From Candidatus Obscuribacteraceae bacterium (GTDB taxonomy: Bacteria; Cyanobacteriota; Vampirovibrionia; Obscuribacterales; Obscuribacteraceae): 64,000 nucleotides of DNA. The translations under genes and the position numbers were made by a program. Below, piece after piece: positions 16,942-27,919 of the stretch. The DNA is taken from positions 64,001-128,000 of the forward strand of contig JBGAHS010000006.1 in the NCBI GenBank assembly GCA_044226015.1, given 5' to 3'. The notes beneath the pieces were generated by a model that ran no database searches, was not told where the DNA came from, and saw only the letters and a list, made by a program, of their open reading frames with translations. Every line of letters starts with the position of its first letter. Positions within the stretch are counted from its first letter, which is position 1.

Positions 16942-19752
16942 CATTTGCTTTGGGCATTTTTTTTGCTTGAGTCTTCGCATCAATCCGCCGAAGAAAATCA
17001 GGAATATGATGCTTGCTGCAATGGCAATTTTTATTGCATCACCAAGTGACCTTGGAGCGTAGTTCAAAGATACTTGATGCCTGCCAGCATCTATAAGTAC
17101 TCCTCTGTTTAGCAAATTGACTTTCAGGCTATTTACTTCTTTACCATCTACTGTGACAGTCCACCCCGGATAAAAGTGGTCAGCGATTACGAGCACTTTT
17201 GGTGTTTTACTTTCGACTGAAACTGTGAATGATTGACCATTATCGAAAGCAATGAAGGCTGCGTCTTCGGCATTATTTGGATTCTGCTTATCGGAAGTTT
17301 TGTGATTAGTGCTTTCATGTTGATCAGGGGATTCACCGATATTCTTGCTTGAAGAATTTGCCGTTTCGGAGTTATTTGAAAGGCTCTCAAAGAAGAGTTT
17401 GTTTTTCAATTTGTCGCGATTCAGAATGTATGTAATGTCTCTTGAGGCATCAAGTGTTTGGGTCTGCGGAACATCTTCTGGCGAACAAACTACCTTTTCG
17501 AGATCCTTGAAAGACTCCACGAAACACAGGTTACTTGTGAGATAAACGCGCGGTCTGGGGTTGAGTACACGATAAACTCGGAAGTTCATTTTTCTATTTG
17601 ACTTCACAAGTTCAAATTTTTTAGGGTCGAGAATTGGAATACTATAATATGGATGCAGTTTATAGATTTGCGAGTTGGCAAACTCCGTTGCTGTTAGAGC
17701 GCAGAACCTGTGAAGCGGTAAATCGCTGATCGTTCTTTTCTCGCCATCTTTTCGCTGATGTTGGCTAGAGCTCAGATAGACGTCTGTGTAGCAGTTTTTG
17801 TAATCTGCCGTTTCTGCAGCTTCATAGCCGTAGCTGGAATGGAATCTTGCATCCATTATCGATTGATAGAGCAGTACTTCTCTGCAGTACTGAAAAAAAC
17901 TCTCGTCAAACTCGCAGTTTCGATAGTACTCATATGTTTCGGGTACGCTAACAGGGTCGAAGAACAGATTTAACACTCTTGATGCAGACCTGCCGCTATT
18001 TCTACTTGCTGTTGCACCATATTTGGTATCGTTTCGTAACTCTTCGATCGTGCTTGCAACGCTACTTTTGTGCTCGTAAAAGCCGAACTTCGTGTAGTTA
18101 CTAAAAGTCCAGCTAGACTGAATCAGAGCGATAATCGTCATGACTGTGATCAAAGAGATCGACAGTTCCGGTTTTAGCTTATTCTTCAGTGCTCCGTAAA
18201 CAAGAAGGCAGCATATCAGCCCTAAAACCGCTGCACCTTGAATCGAGTCTGCAAGCATATATTGTGTTGATTTAACCAGGCTCAACTCTGGAGTCTTGTG
18301 AAAAAGAAAACTGAGTTTTGTAGCTTCGAATCCAATTTGTGGGAAATATCCAAGTATAAAACCGAGTATTAAAAGCGTGGTCCATGTAATCGACGCAGAT
18401 TTGAGAGCTAGTGCTGGAATTCTCCTCTTAAGCAGCATTTCTGAACCTAAGGCAGCCAGCAGAATTAGGCTGAGGCAAGGAAAAATAAGCAGCTTCACCG
18501 GGTAGCGTAAAGAGGCCAGTGCACTAGATAGTTTCACTATTGAAGGAGCAAATGGCGTATAGTTTCCTGCTGCCATGAGACTGAATCCTAAAAATATCAA
18601 AATAGACAGTCTCTTAAGTTGATTCTTGCGATCAAACAGCGCAAAGAATGCAAGTGTCACCACGAATGGTGACAGGTAAGCGGAGCTCAAAAACGGTAAA
18701 TGAGAGCCTCGACTTAACACCATCTGTCTGATGTGAGCTGCCTGGTCTGTGAGGCGGCAAAGATCACCAAATGGGTTTGACAAAACGATGCAGAGAAAAT
18801 CAAACCAATTGGCACTCCATGTGAAGACCCATTTCAGAGCCATGCCTTGAGAGCGAGGAGAGAGAGCCGTCCATTCCACACCCGGAAATACCGTTGGTAA
18901 TGCCCAGGCAATTCCCAAAACAATGCAAGCTAATCTAATAACGGTGCTCAACACGAGATGCTTGTCTATTTCTGGACTGAGCACTTCAGCAGAGTTAGAA
19001 GCCGATTCGCTCGTAGCATCGTCCTTCCGGTTCTGATTTCCTTTTGCAAGTCTGGTCTGGAAAATTTCAACAAACAGAGACCAGACACAAGCAACACCGA
19101 TCAATAGCAGCTCTGGTACGCCGACCTCTGGTCGACCTACATAAACAAGCATTGAAACGCAGAAAGCTAGACCTAGCATCCAACCGAAGGAATGCCAGCC
19201 ATTTTTTGCATGGATTTTTCTGCAGAAATACAGAGCAAGAGGAAACCAAGCCATCGAACCTGGCAGTGTGAAATTTCGCAGGAAAGAGAAGTTGTATGCA
19301 CACAGCGTCAGAACAGACGATGCAAATATTGAAGATGCACGAGTAAAACGCAAGTCTCTAAGCAAAAGATACGAGCCCAAACCCATTAGTGACTGATGGA
19401 AGAGCATGTAGCAGCCGAGTCCACAGGAAAAAGGAAGCAAGAACATAAACCAACTCGGTGGGTAAAACATTCCTGGTGACGGCGTCGCTATCTGAGACAT
19501 GCCTGCGTAAAGCATGGGATTCCACATGGCTAGAATCCCTTTTCTTGCATTTTCACCGATGAATCGGCTAAATGGCTCAAAGTAAAAGGTCAGGTCAGAG
19601 CAATAGACGTCCGCGTTGCAGGAAATCAGCGGACCGTAATAAAAGAGCAGTCCACAGCCTGCAGCGAGAGCCAGCACTAGGGTCCATCTGACGTTCAAGT
19701 CAGATGGCTGGTTCTCGTTGACGATGCCAATTTCTTCCATGACATCAGCCAT
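16939..19752 (-). CDS. YfhO-family (GT-C fold) membrane glycosyltransferase
   Basis: D-L-x-x-YFEP, MWNPMLYAGM...FYPP, many TM helices, and a C-terminal VLVIADHFYPGWTVTVDG..VNLLNRGV..AGRHQVSLNYAP signature. Confidence 0.85.
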   Translation of the reverse strand: MADVMEEIGIVNENQPSDLNVRWTLVLALAAGCGLLFYYGPLISCNADVYCSDLTFYFEPFSRFIGENARKGILAMWNPMLYAGMSQIATPSPGMFYPPSWFMFLLPFSCGLGCYMLFHQSLMGLGSYLLLRDLRFTRASSIFASSVLTLCAYNFSFLRNFTLPGSMAWFPLALYFCRKIHAKNGWHSFGWMLGLAFCVSMLVYVGRPEVGVPELLLIGVACVWSLFVEIFQTRLAKGNQNRKDDATSESASNSAEVLSPEIDKHLVLSTVIRLACIVLGIAWALPTVFPGVEWTALSPRSQGMALKWVFTWSANWFDFLCIVLSNPFGDLCRLTDQAAHIRQMVLSRGSHLPFLSSAYLSPFVVTLAFFALFDRKNQLKRLSILIFLGFSLMAAGNYTPFAPSIVKLSSALASLRYPVKLLIFPCLSLILLAALGSEMLLKRRIPALALKSASITWTTLLILGFILGYFPQIGFEATKLSFLFHKTPELSLVKSTQYMLADSIQGAAVLGLICCLLVYGALKNKLKPELSISLITVMTIIALIQSSWTFSNYTKFGFYEHKSSVASTIEELRNDTKYGATASRNSGRSASRVLNLFFDPVSVPETYEYYRNCEFDESFFQYCREVLLYQSIMDARFHSSYGYEAAETADYKNCYTDVYLSSSQHQRKDGEKRTISDLPLHRFCALTATEFANSQIYKLHPYYSIPILDPKKFELVKSNRKMNFRVYRVLNPRPRVYLTSNLCFVESFKDLEKVVCSPEDVPQTQTLDASRDITYILNRDKLKNKLFFESLSNNSETANSSSKNIGESPDQHESTNHKTSDKQNPNNAEDAAFIAFDNGQSFTVSVESKTPKVLVIADHFYPGWTVTVDGKEVNSLKVNLLNRGVLIDAGRHQVSLNYAPRSLGDAIKIAIAASIIFLIFFGGLMRRLKQKKCPKQM

Positions 19753-19764
19753 GAATTTGCTGGG

Positions 19765-21327
19765 CTAATTGTTGCTGCTGTCTTGCTGTGGCAACTGACC
19801 AATAGTTTGAGTTTTGTTCAAACCGATGTTCTGTGGCTGGCTAAGAGAATTCACTGCCTTGTTTGAGAAATCGACGAGTGGCGTGACCATCGAAGTTCCA
19901 GCAGCAATGATGCCAATGAGGCTGACTGCCAGAGCGAGAACTGGACCGACTTGTGAATCGCCAAGAGGACGACGAGTCTCTGGCAGCGCATTCACTCTGG
20001 CAGATGGTTCACGCACAATCATCTTGATGGCAACGCGAGTGTAGTAGAACACTGCTGGAATGGATGTGACCAGACCAGCAATCACCAGCGTATTGCCCAG
20101 GGTCGAATACATCTGTATGCCTGACCAGAATACAAAAAACTTAGCCAGGAAGCCTGCCGGAGGAACTGGTAGTCCACCCAGATTGAGTAAGCAGACAGTC
20201 ATAGCAACAGCAACAAATGGGCGTTTGCGAATCAAACCACACCAGTCTTCCATGTCGTCACTTCCGACTTCGTTTTCGATCATTATCGCTGCGGTGAATG
20301 CGCCAAGATTCATCAGACCGTAAACAATAATATAGAAGAACACCGCACCAAGAGATTCATGGGTGTTTGCACAGAAGGCTATCAAAAAGTAGCCGACGTG
20401 GGCTATTGATGAGTAAGCGAGCATGCGCTTTACGGAACGTTGGCAGAGAGCGATGAGATTGCCTGCAACCATAGAAAGTATTGCAAGTATGCCGAGTAAT
20501 GGCACCCAGTTTGCAGATGCTGCTCCGAAAACTGTCGTGAGCAAGCGCAGTGCAACAACAAGCCCCCCTAGCTTCGAGCCTACAGAAAGGAATGCTGTCA
20601 CTGGCGTCGGTGCGCCTTCATATACGTCAGGAGTCCACATGTGGAACGGAACGATAGATAACTTAAATCCAATTACACTGATCAACAGTGTCATAAGAAG
20701 CATTGCCACCAGTGATGGTGATTGAGCTACCTGGTAAAACTTCGACTGAATCGAATCGTAGTCAGTGAAACCAGTCAATCCATATAAGAAGGTTAGACCA
20801 TACATGAACGTGGCAGTGGTAGCGGCAGTTGATAGCAGATATTTCAAAGCCGCTTCGTTGCTACGTATGTCTCTTTTGGTCATGCCGGACATAAGGACGC
20901 AACATATAGTAAGTGTTTCTAACGAGACGAACAGCATAACGAGGTCCGTGGTTCCGGCAAGGAACATCACTGACAGCACTGCCGTCAAAAGTATTGCGTA
21001 GTATTCGCCTTTGTTAGGACCGAACTTTCGCTCGTATCCCATACTCATGAGGACGCACACCGCACCAACCAGACAAGTTACTAAGCCAACGCTAGTTGTG
21101 AGCAGGTCTCCTGTGTAGATTTTCATCAGGATGCTTGCGCTCTTGAGGTCGAGCTGACCGAGGTATATCGCGGCTGCAGCTACGAGACTCAGCACTGCGG
21201 CAATCGGGGTGACTTGTTTCAGCTTCGGGAAAAACAAATTCCAAAGAGCTGCAACGATAATGCCCGCGATCACAATCATATGTGGCGCCAGCCAGGGGAA
21301 AATTCCGGAGAATATTTGTGTGTTCAT
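19765..21327 (-). CDS. nuoN: NADH-quinone oxidoreductase subunit N / NdhB
   Basis: LFVSLET, SNEAALKYLL, FKLSIVPFHMWTPDVYEGAPTPVTAFLSVGSK, KRMLAYSSIAH. Confidence 0.95.
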   Translation of the reverse strand: MNTQIFSGIFPWLAPHMIVIAGIIVAALWNLFFPKLKQVTPIAAVLSLVAAAAIYLGQLDLKSASILMKIYTGDLLTTSVGLVTCLVGAVCVLMSMGYERKFGPNKGEYYAILLTAVLSVMFLAGTTDLVMLFVSLETLTICCVLMSGMTKRDIRSNEAALKYLLSTAATTATFMYGLTFLYGLTGFTDYDSIQSKFYQVAQSPSLVAMLLMTLLISVIGFKLSIVPFHMWTPDVYEGAPTPVTAFLSVGSKLGGLVVALRLLTTVFGAASANWVPLLGILAILSMVAGNLIALCQRSVKRMLAYSSIAHVGYFLIAFCANTHESLGAVFFYIIVYGLMNLGAFTAAIMIENEVGSDDMEDWCGLIRKRPFVAVAMTVCLLNLGGLPVPPAGFLAKFFVFWSGIQMYSTLGNTLVIAGLVTSIPAVFYYTRVAIKMIVREPSARVNALPETRRPLGDSQVGPVLALAVSLIGIIAAGTSMVTPLVDFSNKAVNSLSQPQNIGLNKTQTIGQLPQQDSSNN

Positions 21328-21912
21328 GAACCTAGATTCTGCCTTTCACGTTCGAACTGACTTATTCTACAGATTTATGATTTCCAAGATGTAAGTCCGC
21401 AGGGGCTAGAAAAGTAGTTAGCTTTTTCATCAACAGCAAGGCACGCTGTGACGCCATTTCAGGCGTTAGCGGAAAACTTAAACCTCTCCAAGCATTCAAA
21501 ACTTCGAAACAGTCGAGCAGAAGACTGCCCTGATAGATATACTACGTGACCCTTGATATAAAGGTAGTGAAGCTGAGTTATGTTGACATTCGCCGCTCAG
21601 AGTTCTTGGATTTCGCTCAGGATGAGAGTTGTTGACAATCATGTAGACAAAGATTTCTCTAGAGTTCTCACTGAAATACAGTCGGAAACCCCTGAATTCA
21701 GTGCCTGTCGGGACGCGCAGGGAACTGACGCTGACAAGAGTACTAAGCGCTTAGATAGAAATCAGCAAGAGGCGCCTTGTACAAGCTTTATAATTGAACT
21801 TGCGGCTTGTCAACGGTGCCATTCAAGGCGTTCACGGGTTAGCAACGTTCCCAGGAAGAAACCTGGTTGCGACACTATAAGTTCAGCAGTGGCAGCATAA
21901 GGTGTAAAACAA

Positions 21913-23055
21913 ATGAGTTATTCTCCATCGCGTTCCGGGCTGAGTCAGGGCACACCGAGTCTTCTTGCTTTAGAAGATGGACGCACTTTCTCTGGAATAG
22001 GTTTCGGCGCTACAGGCACCACTACTGGTGAACTCGTCTTCAACACAAGCCTGACCGGATATCAGGAAATCATGACAGACCCGAGCTATGCGGGTCAGGT
22101 TGTGACCATGACTTATCCCGAGCAGGGAAATTACGGCACGAACAATGAAGATGTTGAGTCGCGTCGTATTTTTGCTCGCGCAATGGTGGTTAGACATTTG
22201 AGCCGGCGATATAGCTCGTGGAGAGCTGATAAGTCCCTGCATCAATTTCTTGCTGAGCAGCAAATCATGGGTATCTCCGATGTTGATACCAGAGCCATCA
22301 CTCGCCACATTCGAGACAAAGGTGCGATGAGATGTGCGATATCTACTGAAATCTTAGACCCGGAAGAACTTGTAAAAGTAGCTCAGCATGCTGCTGCGAT
22401 GGAAGGTGCTGACTTCACGCATGAAGTGAGCACCAGAGAAAAGTACACCATGGGCAGTGGCGATTTTCATGTGGCTGTTCTTGATTTTGGTTGCAAACAA
22501 AATATTTTGAATAGTCTGGCTGCACAAAACATGAGGCTCACCGTTTTTCCAGCGCGCACCAAAGCCAAGGAAATTCTTGCGGCAAGTCCTGATGGAATCT
22601 TTCTGTCAAATGGACCTGGAGACCCTGCGGCGTGCACAGATATCATTGCCGAACTTCCAGAACTGATTAATACAAAGCTACCTATCTTCGGCATTTGTCT
22701 TGGACATCAGCTACTCTCCATCGCTCTTGGTGCCAAGACTTACAAGCTGAAGTTTGGTCACAGAGGTGGAAATCAGCCGGTGAAAGACCTTTCAACCGGA
22801 AAAATTGAGATTACCTGTCAGAATCACGGATTCGCTGTAGATGAGTCGACCTTGCCAGCACATCTAGAATTGACTCATATGAATCTCAACGACAACAGCG
22901 TCGAAGGTTTCAAACACAAAGACCTTCCAATAATCTGTGTTCAATATCACCCTGAATCGAATCCCGGACCTCACGATTCAGCGTATCTATTTGAACGTTT
23001 TAGAAACCTCATCGAAGCAAAAAAAGGGCTGAGTAAAGCAACTTGTACAAACTAG
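21913..23055 (+). CDS. carA: Carbamoyl-phosphate synthase small subunit
   Basis: LALEDG, GELVFNTSLTGYQEIMTDPSY, LSNGPGDP, FGICLGHQ, CVQYHPESNPGPHD. Confidence 0.98.
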   Translation: MSYSPSRSGLSQGTPSLLALEDGRTFSGIGFGATGTTTGELVFNTSLTGYQEIMTDPSYAGQVVTMTYPEQGNYGTNNEDVESRRIFARAMVVRHLSRRYSSWRADKSLHQFLAEQQIMGISDVDTRAITRHIRDKGAMRCAISTEILDPEELVKVAQHAAAMEGADFTHEVSTREKYTMGSGDFHVAVLDFGCKQNILNSLAAQNMRLTVFPARTKAKEILAASPDGIFLSNGPGDPAACTDIIAELPELINTKLPIFGICLGHQLLSIALGAKTYKLKFGHRGGNQPVKDLSTGKIEITCQNHGFAVDESTLPAHLELTHMNLNDNSVEGFKHKDLPIICVQYHPESNPGPHDSAYLFERFRNLIEAKKGLSKATCTN

Positions 23056-23696
23056 CAATTTTTGATTTTGACGGCACTCTAGTAGATTCCGCTCCAGGCA
23101 TCGTTGACGTAATGAGAGATTGTTGCGTCGAATACAATTTCAGCGAAAAAACGCTCGAACTCTGGTCACATCTAATCGGTGTGCCATTAGTACGCCAGGT
23201 TGAGATATTGTTTCCTGACCACCCTCACGAGTTTCATGAGGAAGTTGCCGCCCGCTACAGGCAAATATACGACTCAAAAGCCATCGAGATTTGTCCGCCA
23301 TTTGACGGTCTTGAAGAAATGCTGCGGAACTTGCATCAGGCTAATATTCTTATAAGCATAGCGTCGTCAAAACGCCGGCATTTAATTGACCTTGTTGTGG
23401 ATTTTCATGGATTGGCTGAGTATTTCAGCCTCATAGTCGGTGCTGAGGAAGTTACAAAACACAAGCCTGATGCTGAGTCAGTTCTATATACTCTGGAAAA
23501 ACTCAATGTTGTGCTAGAAGAAACTGTAGTAATTGGTGACAGTAGCTTCGACCTAGACATGGCGCGGAATGCAGGAGTTGACGCAATTGGTGTCACTACC
23601 GGCATACACACACGAGAATACCTCCAAAAATCAGCACCCAAATACATTGTCGATAATCTTGTTGAAGTCGCGCCGTTGATACTTAACGGACGGTGA
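23043..23696 (+). CDS. HAD-superfamily phosphatase (Gph/PpaX-like)
   Basis: IFDFDGTLVDS, KHKPD, VIGDSSFDL; TTG start overlaps the carA stop region. Confidence 0.9.
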   Translation: MYKLAIFDFDGTLVDSAPGIVDVMRDCCVEYNFSEKTLELWSHLIGVPLVRQVEILFPDHPHEFHEEVAARYRQIYDSKAIEICPPFDGLEEMLRNLHQANILISIASSKRRHLIDLVVDFHGLAEYFSLIVGAEEVTKHKPDAESVLYTLEKLNVVLEETVVIGDSSFDLDMARNAGVDAIGVTTGIHTREYLQKSAPKYIVDNLVEVAPLILNGR

Positions 23697-23866
23697 TCAA
23701 GTAGAAATTTTTCTCATCAAATTGGCTCGCTTATAAGCAACCAATGACTACTCGCTGGCGTCTGCTATCATAGCCTTTGCTACCTAATTGCAACCAGCGA
23801 AGGCTTATGCCTAGCCAGTTCAGAAGCGCGTGCAATGCGCAACGAAGAAAAAAGTTGAAGGTAATT

Positions 23867-25129
23867 ATGAAGCCTATTATTTTATTGATCGCCACAAGTA
23901 TTTTTATCGGCAATTTTTCAGCTGTTTTGGCTGCAGATTCTAATGCCAAAACCAGCACGAATGCAAATACTTCGTCTGCTACGGTCAAAGCTGATGCAAG
24001 CAAATCAATTACTGTGAATGATGCCAATGCGGCTGCTAGTTCTACTGTTGGTATCAGTAATGGTGCAGCAGCGAGCACTGCAGTAAATTCTGCTAGCACT
24101 GCTGCTGATAAGAACTCCAGTGACGCCAGCAAGTCGGCGTCCTCAACTGGTACTGAGGAGAAGAAGCCTGAGGTTACTAAATGGAAACCAGGTATCGAAT
24201 TGAGCGTTGGCACCGACACACAAGACCTTGTGCCTACAGATGATGTGGATCTAGCAAAGAAACAGGTCGACGCTTACCCGGACAGTCCAGAGGCTAGATT
24301 TATCCTCGCAGTCGCATTGACCCGCACAAGTCGAGTTGAGGAAGCCCTAAAAGAAGTGAGAACTGCTCGCAAACTTGCTGAGGCGAAGGGTGGCACGACT
24401 TATTTTGACCAGATGATTCTCACTTACGAGGACATGCTCAAGAATTACCCCAACGAAAATAGGGTACGTTATGGTCTGGCCTGGGCCTATTATATGAAGG
24501 CTTATTTGCTAGCAAACTACTCGAAGAAGGTTGCTGCATGGAAGGCTAAGAATGGGGACCCTAACGTCGCGTTGGCTAATGCAGCAAAAGCTGCTGCTTC
24601 TTCTGGTTCTAGTACCGCAAGTGGTACTAGCGCGGGTGCAACAAAAGCTGCTGATCAGTTGAGCGCTGCGCAGAAACAAGCAAACCTTGATGCCGCTAAA
24701 AATCAGGTTATTGCAGCCACCCAAAAAGGTAAGCCATTCGATATTAATGGAATCATGGGTGCTGTTGGCGCACTTGCTCAAGGTAATACGAGTGCTCTGC
24801 CGAAAATTCCTTCTGTAATGGACAATGTTGACCCAGCAGACGTTCCGCAGATTCGCAAATTTTATGAGCAGGGACTCAGCAAGTTAGACGAGTTGATTGC
24901 GCAGAAACCCGATGATGTTTGGGCTCTGGTATATCGAGCGCATCTACGAGCTGAATACGATGGCAATCTAGAAGCCGCGATGAATACCTGGAAGCAATGT
25001 AGTGAGAAATTTCCAAACAATCCCGCTGCCTATTTCTTTCTTGGAGAGGGTTATCTAAAGCAAGGGAACCTCAAGGAGTCAATCAGTAATGTTTCCAAAG
25101 CCGTTGCTTTGCGCGGGATGGGAAATTAA
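23867..25129 (+). CDS. Exported TPR protein with Ser/Ala/Thr-rich linker, immediately upstream of lptC
   Basis: Signal peptide MKPIILLIATSIFIGNFSAVLA. TPR motifs YPDSPEARFILAVAL, YPNENRVRYGLAWAY and FPNNPAAYFFLGEGY. ATG 23867 is preferred over TTG 23777. Confidence 0.8.
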   Translation: MKPIILLIATSIFIGNFSAVLAADSNAKTSTNANTSSATVKADASKSITVNDANAAASSTVGISNGAAASTAVNSASTAADKNSSDASKSASSTGTEEKKPEVTKWKPGIELSVGTDTQDLVPTDDVDLAKKQVDAYPDSPEARFILAVALTRTSRVEEALKEVRTARKLAEAKGGTTYFDQMILTYEDMLKNYPNENRVRYGLAWAYYMKAYLLANYSKKVAAWKAKNGDPNVALANAAKAAASSGSSTASGTSAGATKAADQLSAAQKQANLDAAKNQVIAATQKGKPFDINGIMGAVGALAQGNTSALPKIPSVMDNVDPADVPQIRKFYEQGLSKLDELIAQKPDDVWALVYRAHLRAEYDGNLEAAMNTWKQCSEKFPNNPAAYFFLGEGYLKQGNLKESISNVSKAVALRGMGN

Positions 25130-25135
25130 GGGCGA

Positions 25136-25756
25136 ATGAGCGTGGCAGTATTTTCCATTCATAGTCCGTGGGTCAAAAACACATTCCGATTTCTTGGAGC
25201 CATTTCCATTCCGGCTCTAATTGTGTGGGGATTCGTTTCAGCGCAGAAAGGTGCTGAACACGAATACAACTCATTGACCACTGAAATGAAGGACCATCCA
25301 ACTTCAACGAAAACAGAGACAACTGAATTCGAGTTAAAGGAGCTGGATGAAAACAATACAGTTCGCTGGCACCTCACTGGCAAAAAAGGTACGACAGCAG
25401 AAATGAAAGTAGTCGATGTTACAGATGTAAAGATGCGATATTTTGACGGACCAAATGTCAAGATGGAGATTATTGCACCTCTTGGTAACGTCGATGTGAG
25501 TAATCGTTATGTCAAGATGAAGTCTGCCAAGGGGCAACGCGTAAGCGGAATCGGGGACGGAGGTAAGAGTAAGTTCGATGCCGAAACCATTGAATTAGAC
25601 AAACAAAATCAGTTCATTGCAACCGGCGGTGTTAAGATCGACTGGTCTGATGTTGCCCTCGTAACCGGCAATGAGGCCAGAGGAAAAATGAGTAAGGACG
25701 GAATACAGAATGTCAAGGTGATTGGACATACTCACGCCATAATCCAATCAAAGTAG
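25136..25756 (+). CDS. lptC: LPS export periplasmic protein LptC
   Basis: N-terminal TM anchor, beta-jellyroll pattern (ELKELDENNTVRWHLTG...), position before lptA/lptB. Confidence 0.75.
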   Translation: MSVAVFSIHSPWVKNTFRFLGAISIPALIVWGFVSAQKGAEHEYNSLTTEMKDHPTSTKTETTEFELKELDENNTVRWHLTGKKGTTAEMKVVDVTDVKMRYFDGPNVKMEIIAPLGNVDVSNRYVKMKSAKGQRVSGIGDGGKSKFDAETIELDKQNQFIATGGVKIDWSDVALVTGNEARGKMSKDGIQNVKVIGHTHAIIQSK

Positions 25757-25778
25757 AAAGAGAAGCGACGAGCTAGAC

Positions 25779-27200
25779 ATGAAAAACGGCAACACAAAAA
25801 TATCAGCACTTCTATTGACAGCATGCCTCAGCATTGCTGGCATTCGCGTGGCGCAAGCTCAGATGCCCGGCGCTCCTGGGGCTCCTGGTGGCAATGGTCC
25901 TATCGACATTACCGCTGACGAGCAGGAATTCGCGGGTGATTCCGTCATTGCTCGTGGACGAGTTAGAGTCGTATACAAGGACAGCGTCATCGTCGCACCA
26001 CTGGCGACACTATATAAAGACCCAGCTGGTTCTCCGAGTCGGGCAATCTTCACTGGTCACCCTCATTTGACTCAGGGCAAAAACAAGATCGATGCCAACA
26101 CACTCACGTTTGAGATGGCAGTCAACAAAATTATTGCTGATGGAAATGCTCACTCTGAAGTAGATGTTCCAGAGGACGAGCAAGAACCCGCGCCAACTCC
26201 AGCAGCGACTGCAAATAACAAAGTTCCGCAAGCTCAAGCTCCGAAAAATGTTGATGACGAAGACGAGGACGAGGTTCCTGCAGCGAAGCCTGCTGTAGCT
26301 GAAAAACCGAAAGAAGAAAAGAAAAAAGGTGGAGAAAAAATCATCACCGATTCAGTCCGCCAGGAGTATGACCAGGCTACCGGAAGATTTGACGCTATGG
26401 GACATGTGAAAGTGGTTCATGGTGACATCATTGTTTTCGCTGACAAATTACAGTTGGTCTACAGTGCCACCAGCAGCAAGCCTGAAACAGCACTTTTTAC
26501 CGGGAATGTGCAGGCAACCCAGGGCAAGAATACAACTTGCGCTGACACCATGAATTATTCGCTTTCGACTAAACGGCTGCAGGCAACTGGACATGTGAAG
26601 TCTAAGGTTATTCAAGAGAAGAAGGAAGGCGCACCTGCACCTAAGAAGAAGGTGAATGATGATGAGGAAGATCCTACAGCGAAGATAGACATCTTCGGTG
26701 CTGCTCCGGCGAAGGCTTCTAATTCAGGTGTTAACCAGACTGGATCTAAAACTGCTATCGCAGGACCAATGTCTGGTGGCAACGATAAACCAGTCTGGGT
26801 TTACTCCGATGCGCAAGATTACAGCAAAGAAAATGGTCGCGTCTCCGCTAGTGGCAACGTAAGAGTTGTATCTGGTGAAATGTATGGTTGCGGTCCTGCA
26901 ATAGTGCTCATAAAGAAGCCGGATGGACGCGCTGACAAAATAATCTTCAAAGGGCGCTCGCAAATATCGCAACCAGGACGTAGATGGATTGCTGACAAAA
27001 TCGTTTATCTCGTCGACGAACATCGAGTTATCGCTACAGGAAATGCAAAAGCAATGATGCTGCAAAATCCTGAAGACAAAGCAAAGCAGAAACTTACCCC
27101 CTCGGCTCCGGTCTCACCAGGACTGGCTCCAAACAACACAAGGTTGGCTGACCCCAACCGCCAAAAGATCAGTGCTAAAGAGGTAGAGGCTACAAAATGA
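25779..27200 (+). CDS. lptA: LptA/OstA-family LPS transport protein, elongated
   Basis: Signal peptide, PIDITADEQEF..ARGRVRV, ITDSVRQEYD..AMGHVKV, YSDAQDYS..ASGNVRV (repeated OstA blocks); overlaps lptB. Confidence 0.8.
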   Translation: MKNGNTKISALLLTACLSIAGIRVAQAQMPGAPGAPGGNGPIDITADEQEFAGDSVIARGRVRVVYKDSVIVAPLATLYKDPAGSPSRAIFTGHPHLTQGKNKIDANTLTFEMAVNKIIADGNAHSEVDVPEDEQEPAPTPAATANNKVPQAQAPKNVDDEDEDEVPAAKPAVAEKPKEEKKKGGEKIITDSVRQEYDQATGRFDAMGHVKVVHGDIIVFADKLQLVYSATSSKPETALFTGNVQATQGKNTTCADTMNYSLSTKRLQATGHVKSKVIQEKKEGAPAPKKKVNDDEEDPTAKIDIFGAAPAKASNSGVNQTGSKTAIAGPMSGGNDKPVWVYSDAQDYSKENGRVSASGNVRVVSGEMYGCGPAIVLIKKPDGRADKIIFKGRSQISQPGRRWIADKIVYLVDEHRVIATGNAKAMMLQNPEDKAKQKLTPSAPVSPGLAPNNTRLADPNRQKISAKEVEATK

Positions 27201-27919
27201 GTCTACTAATCGAGAACATTCAGAAATCTTACGCGGGGCGTCGAGTTGTTGACGGCGTGAGTTTCAACGTTGAGAAAGGCGAAGTCGTAGGTTTGCTGGG
27301 ACGTAACGGTGCCGGCAAGACGACGAGTTTCGATATGTGTCTCGGACTGGTCAAACCTGAGAAAGGAAAGATCACACTTGATGGTGTCGATATTTCCAAA
27401 ATGGCGATTCACGATCGTTCCAAGCTTGGAATTGGATATCTGCCACAGGAAGCATCTATCTTCAGAAAATTGTCTGTGTACGACAACATGAAACTCATCC
27501 TTGAACTGAAAGGAAGGAGTCGTCGTGAGCAGAAAGAAATTATTGATGGACTCCTTCACGACTTTGGTTTGGAGCATCTATCAGAAACCATCGCAGTGCA
27601 GCTTTCTGGTGGTGAAAGAAGACGACTTGAAATTGCGCGTTGCTTGGCTTCAAAGCCTGCATTTATTCTACTGGACGAACCTTTCACTGGTATCGACCCT
27701 ATCAGTATCGCGGACATTCAAGGATTGATTCGTCGCTTGCGTGACCAGTGGGGGCTGGGTGTTCTTCTCACCGACCACAACCCGAGAGCAACACTAAAAA
27801 TTACAGACAGAGCCTATTTGATCGATAGAGGCAAAATTCTGGTGGCTGGAACTTCGCAAGAAGTTGCGTTTAATCCGACCGCTCGTAAACAGTATTTAGG
27901 TGAGGACTTCATTCTATGA
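27197..27919 (+). CDS. lptB: LPS export ABC transporter ATP-binding protein
   Basis: GLLGRNGAGKTT, GIGYLPQEASIFRKL, LSGGERRRLEIAR, LLDEPFTGIDP, TDHN. Confidence 0.97.
   Translation: MSLLIENIQKSYAGRRVVDGVSFNVEKGEVVGLLGRNGAGKTTSFDMCLGLVKPEKGKITLDGVDISKMAIHDRSKLGIGYLPQEASIFRKLSVYDNMKLILELKGRSRREQKEIIDGLLHDFGLEHLSETIAVQLSGGERRRLEIARCLASKPAFILLDEPFTGIDPISIADIQGLIRRLRDQWGLGVLLTDHNPRATLKITDRAYLIDRGKILVAGTSQEVAFNPTARKQYLGEDFIL

Noticed and set aside
21580..21900. 106-aa ORF and a possible c-di-GMP-I riboswitch (GGAAACCC...GGGACGC near 21683-21716) in the nuoN-carA gap
   Set aside because: The ORF has no RBS or motif. The RNA lacks the GNRA loop, the GCAAA and the receptor elements. An Rfam/Infernal scan would settle it.
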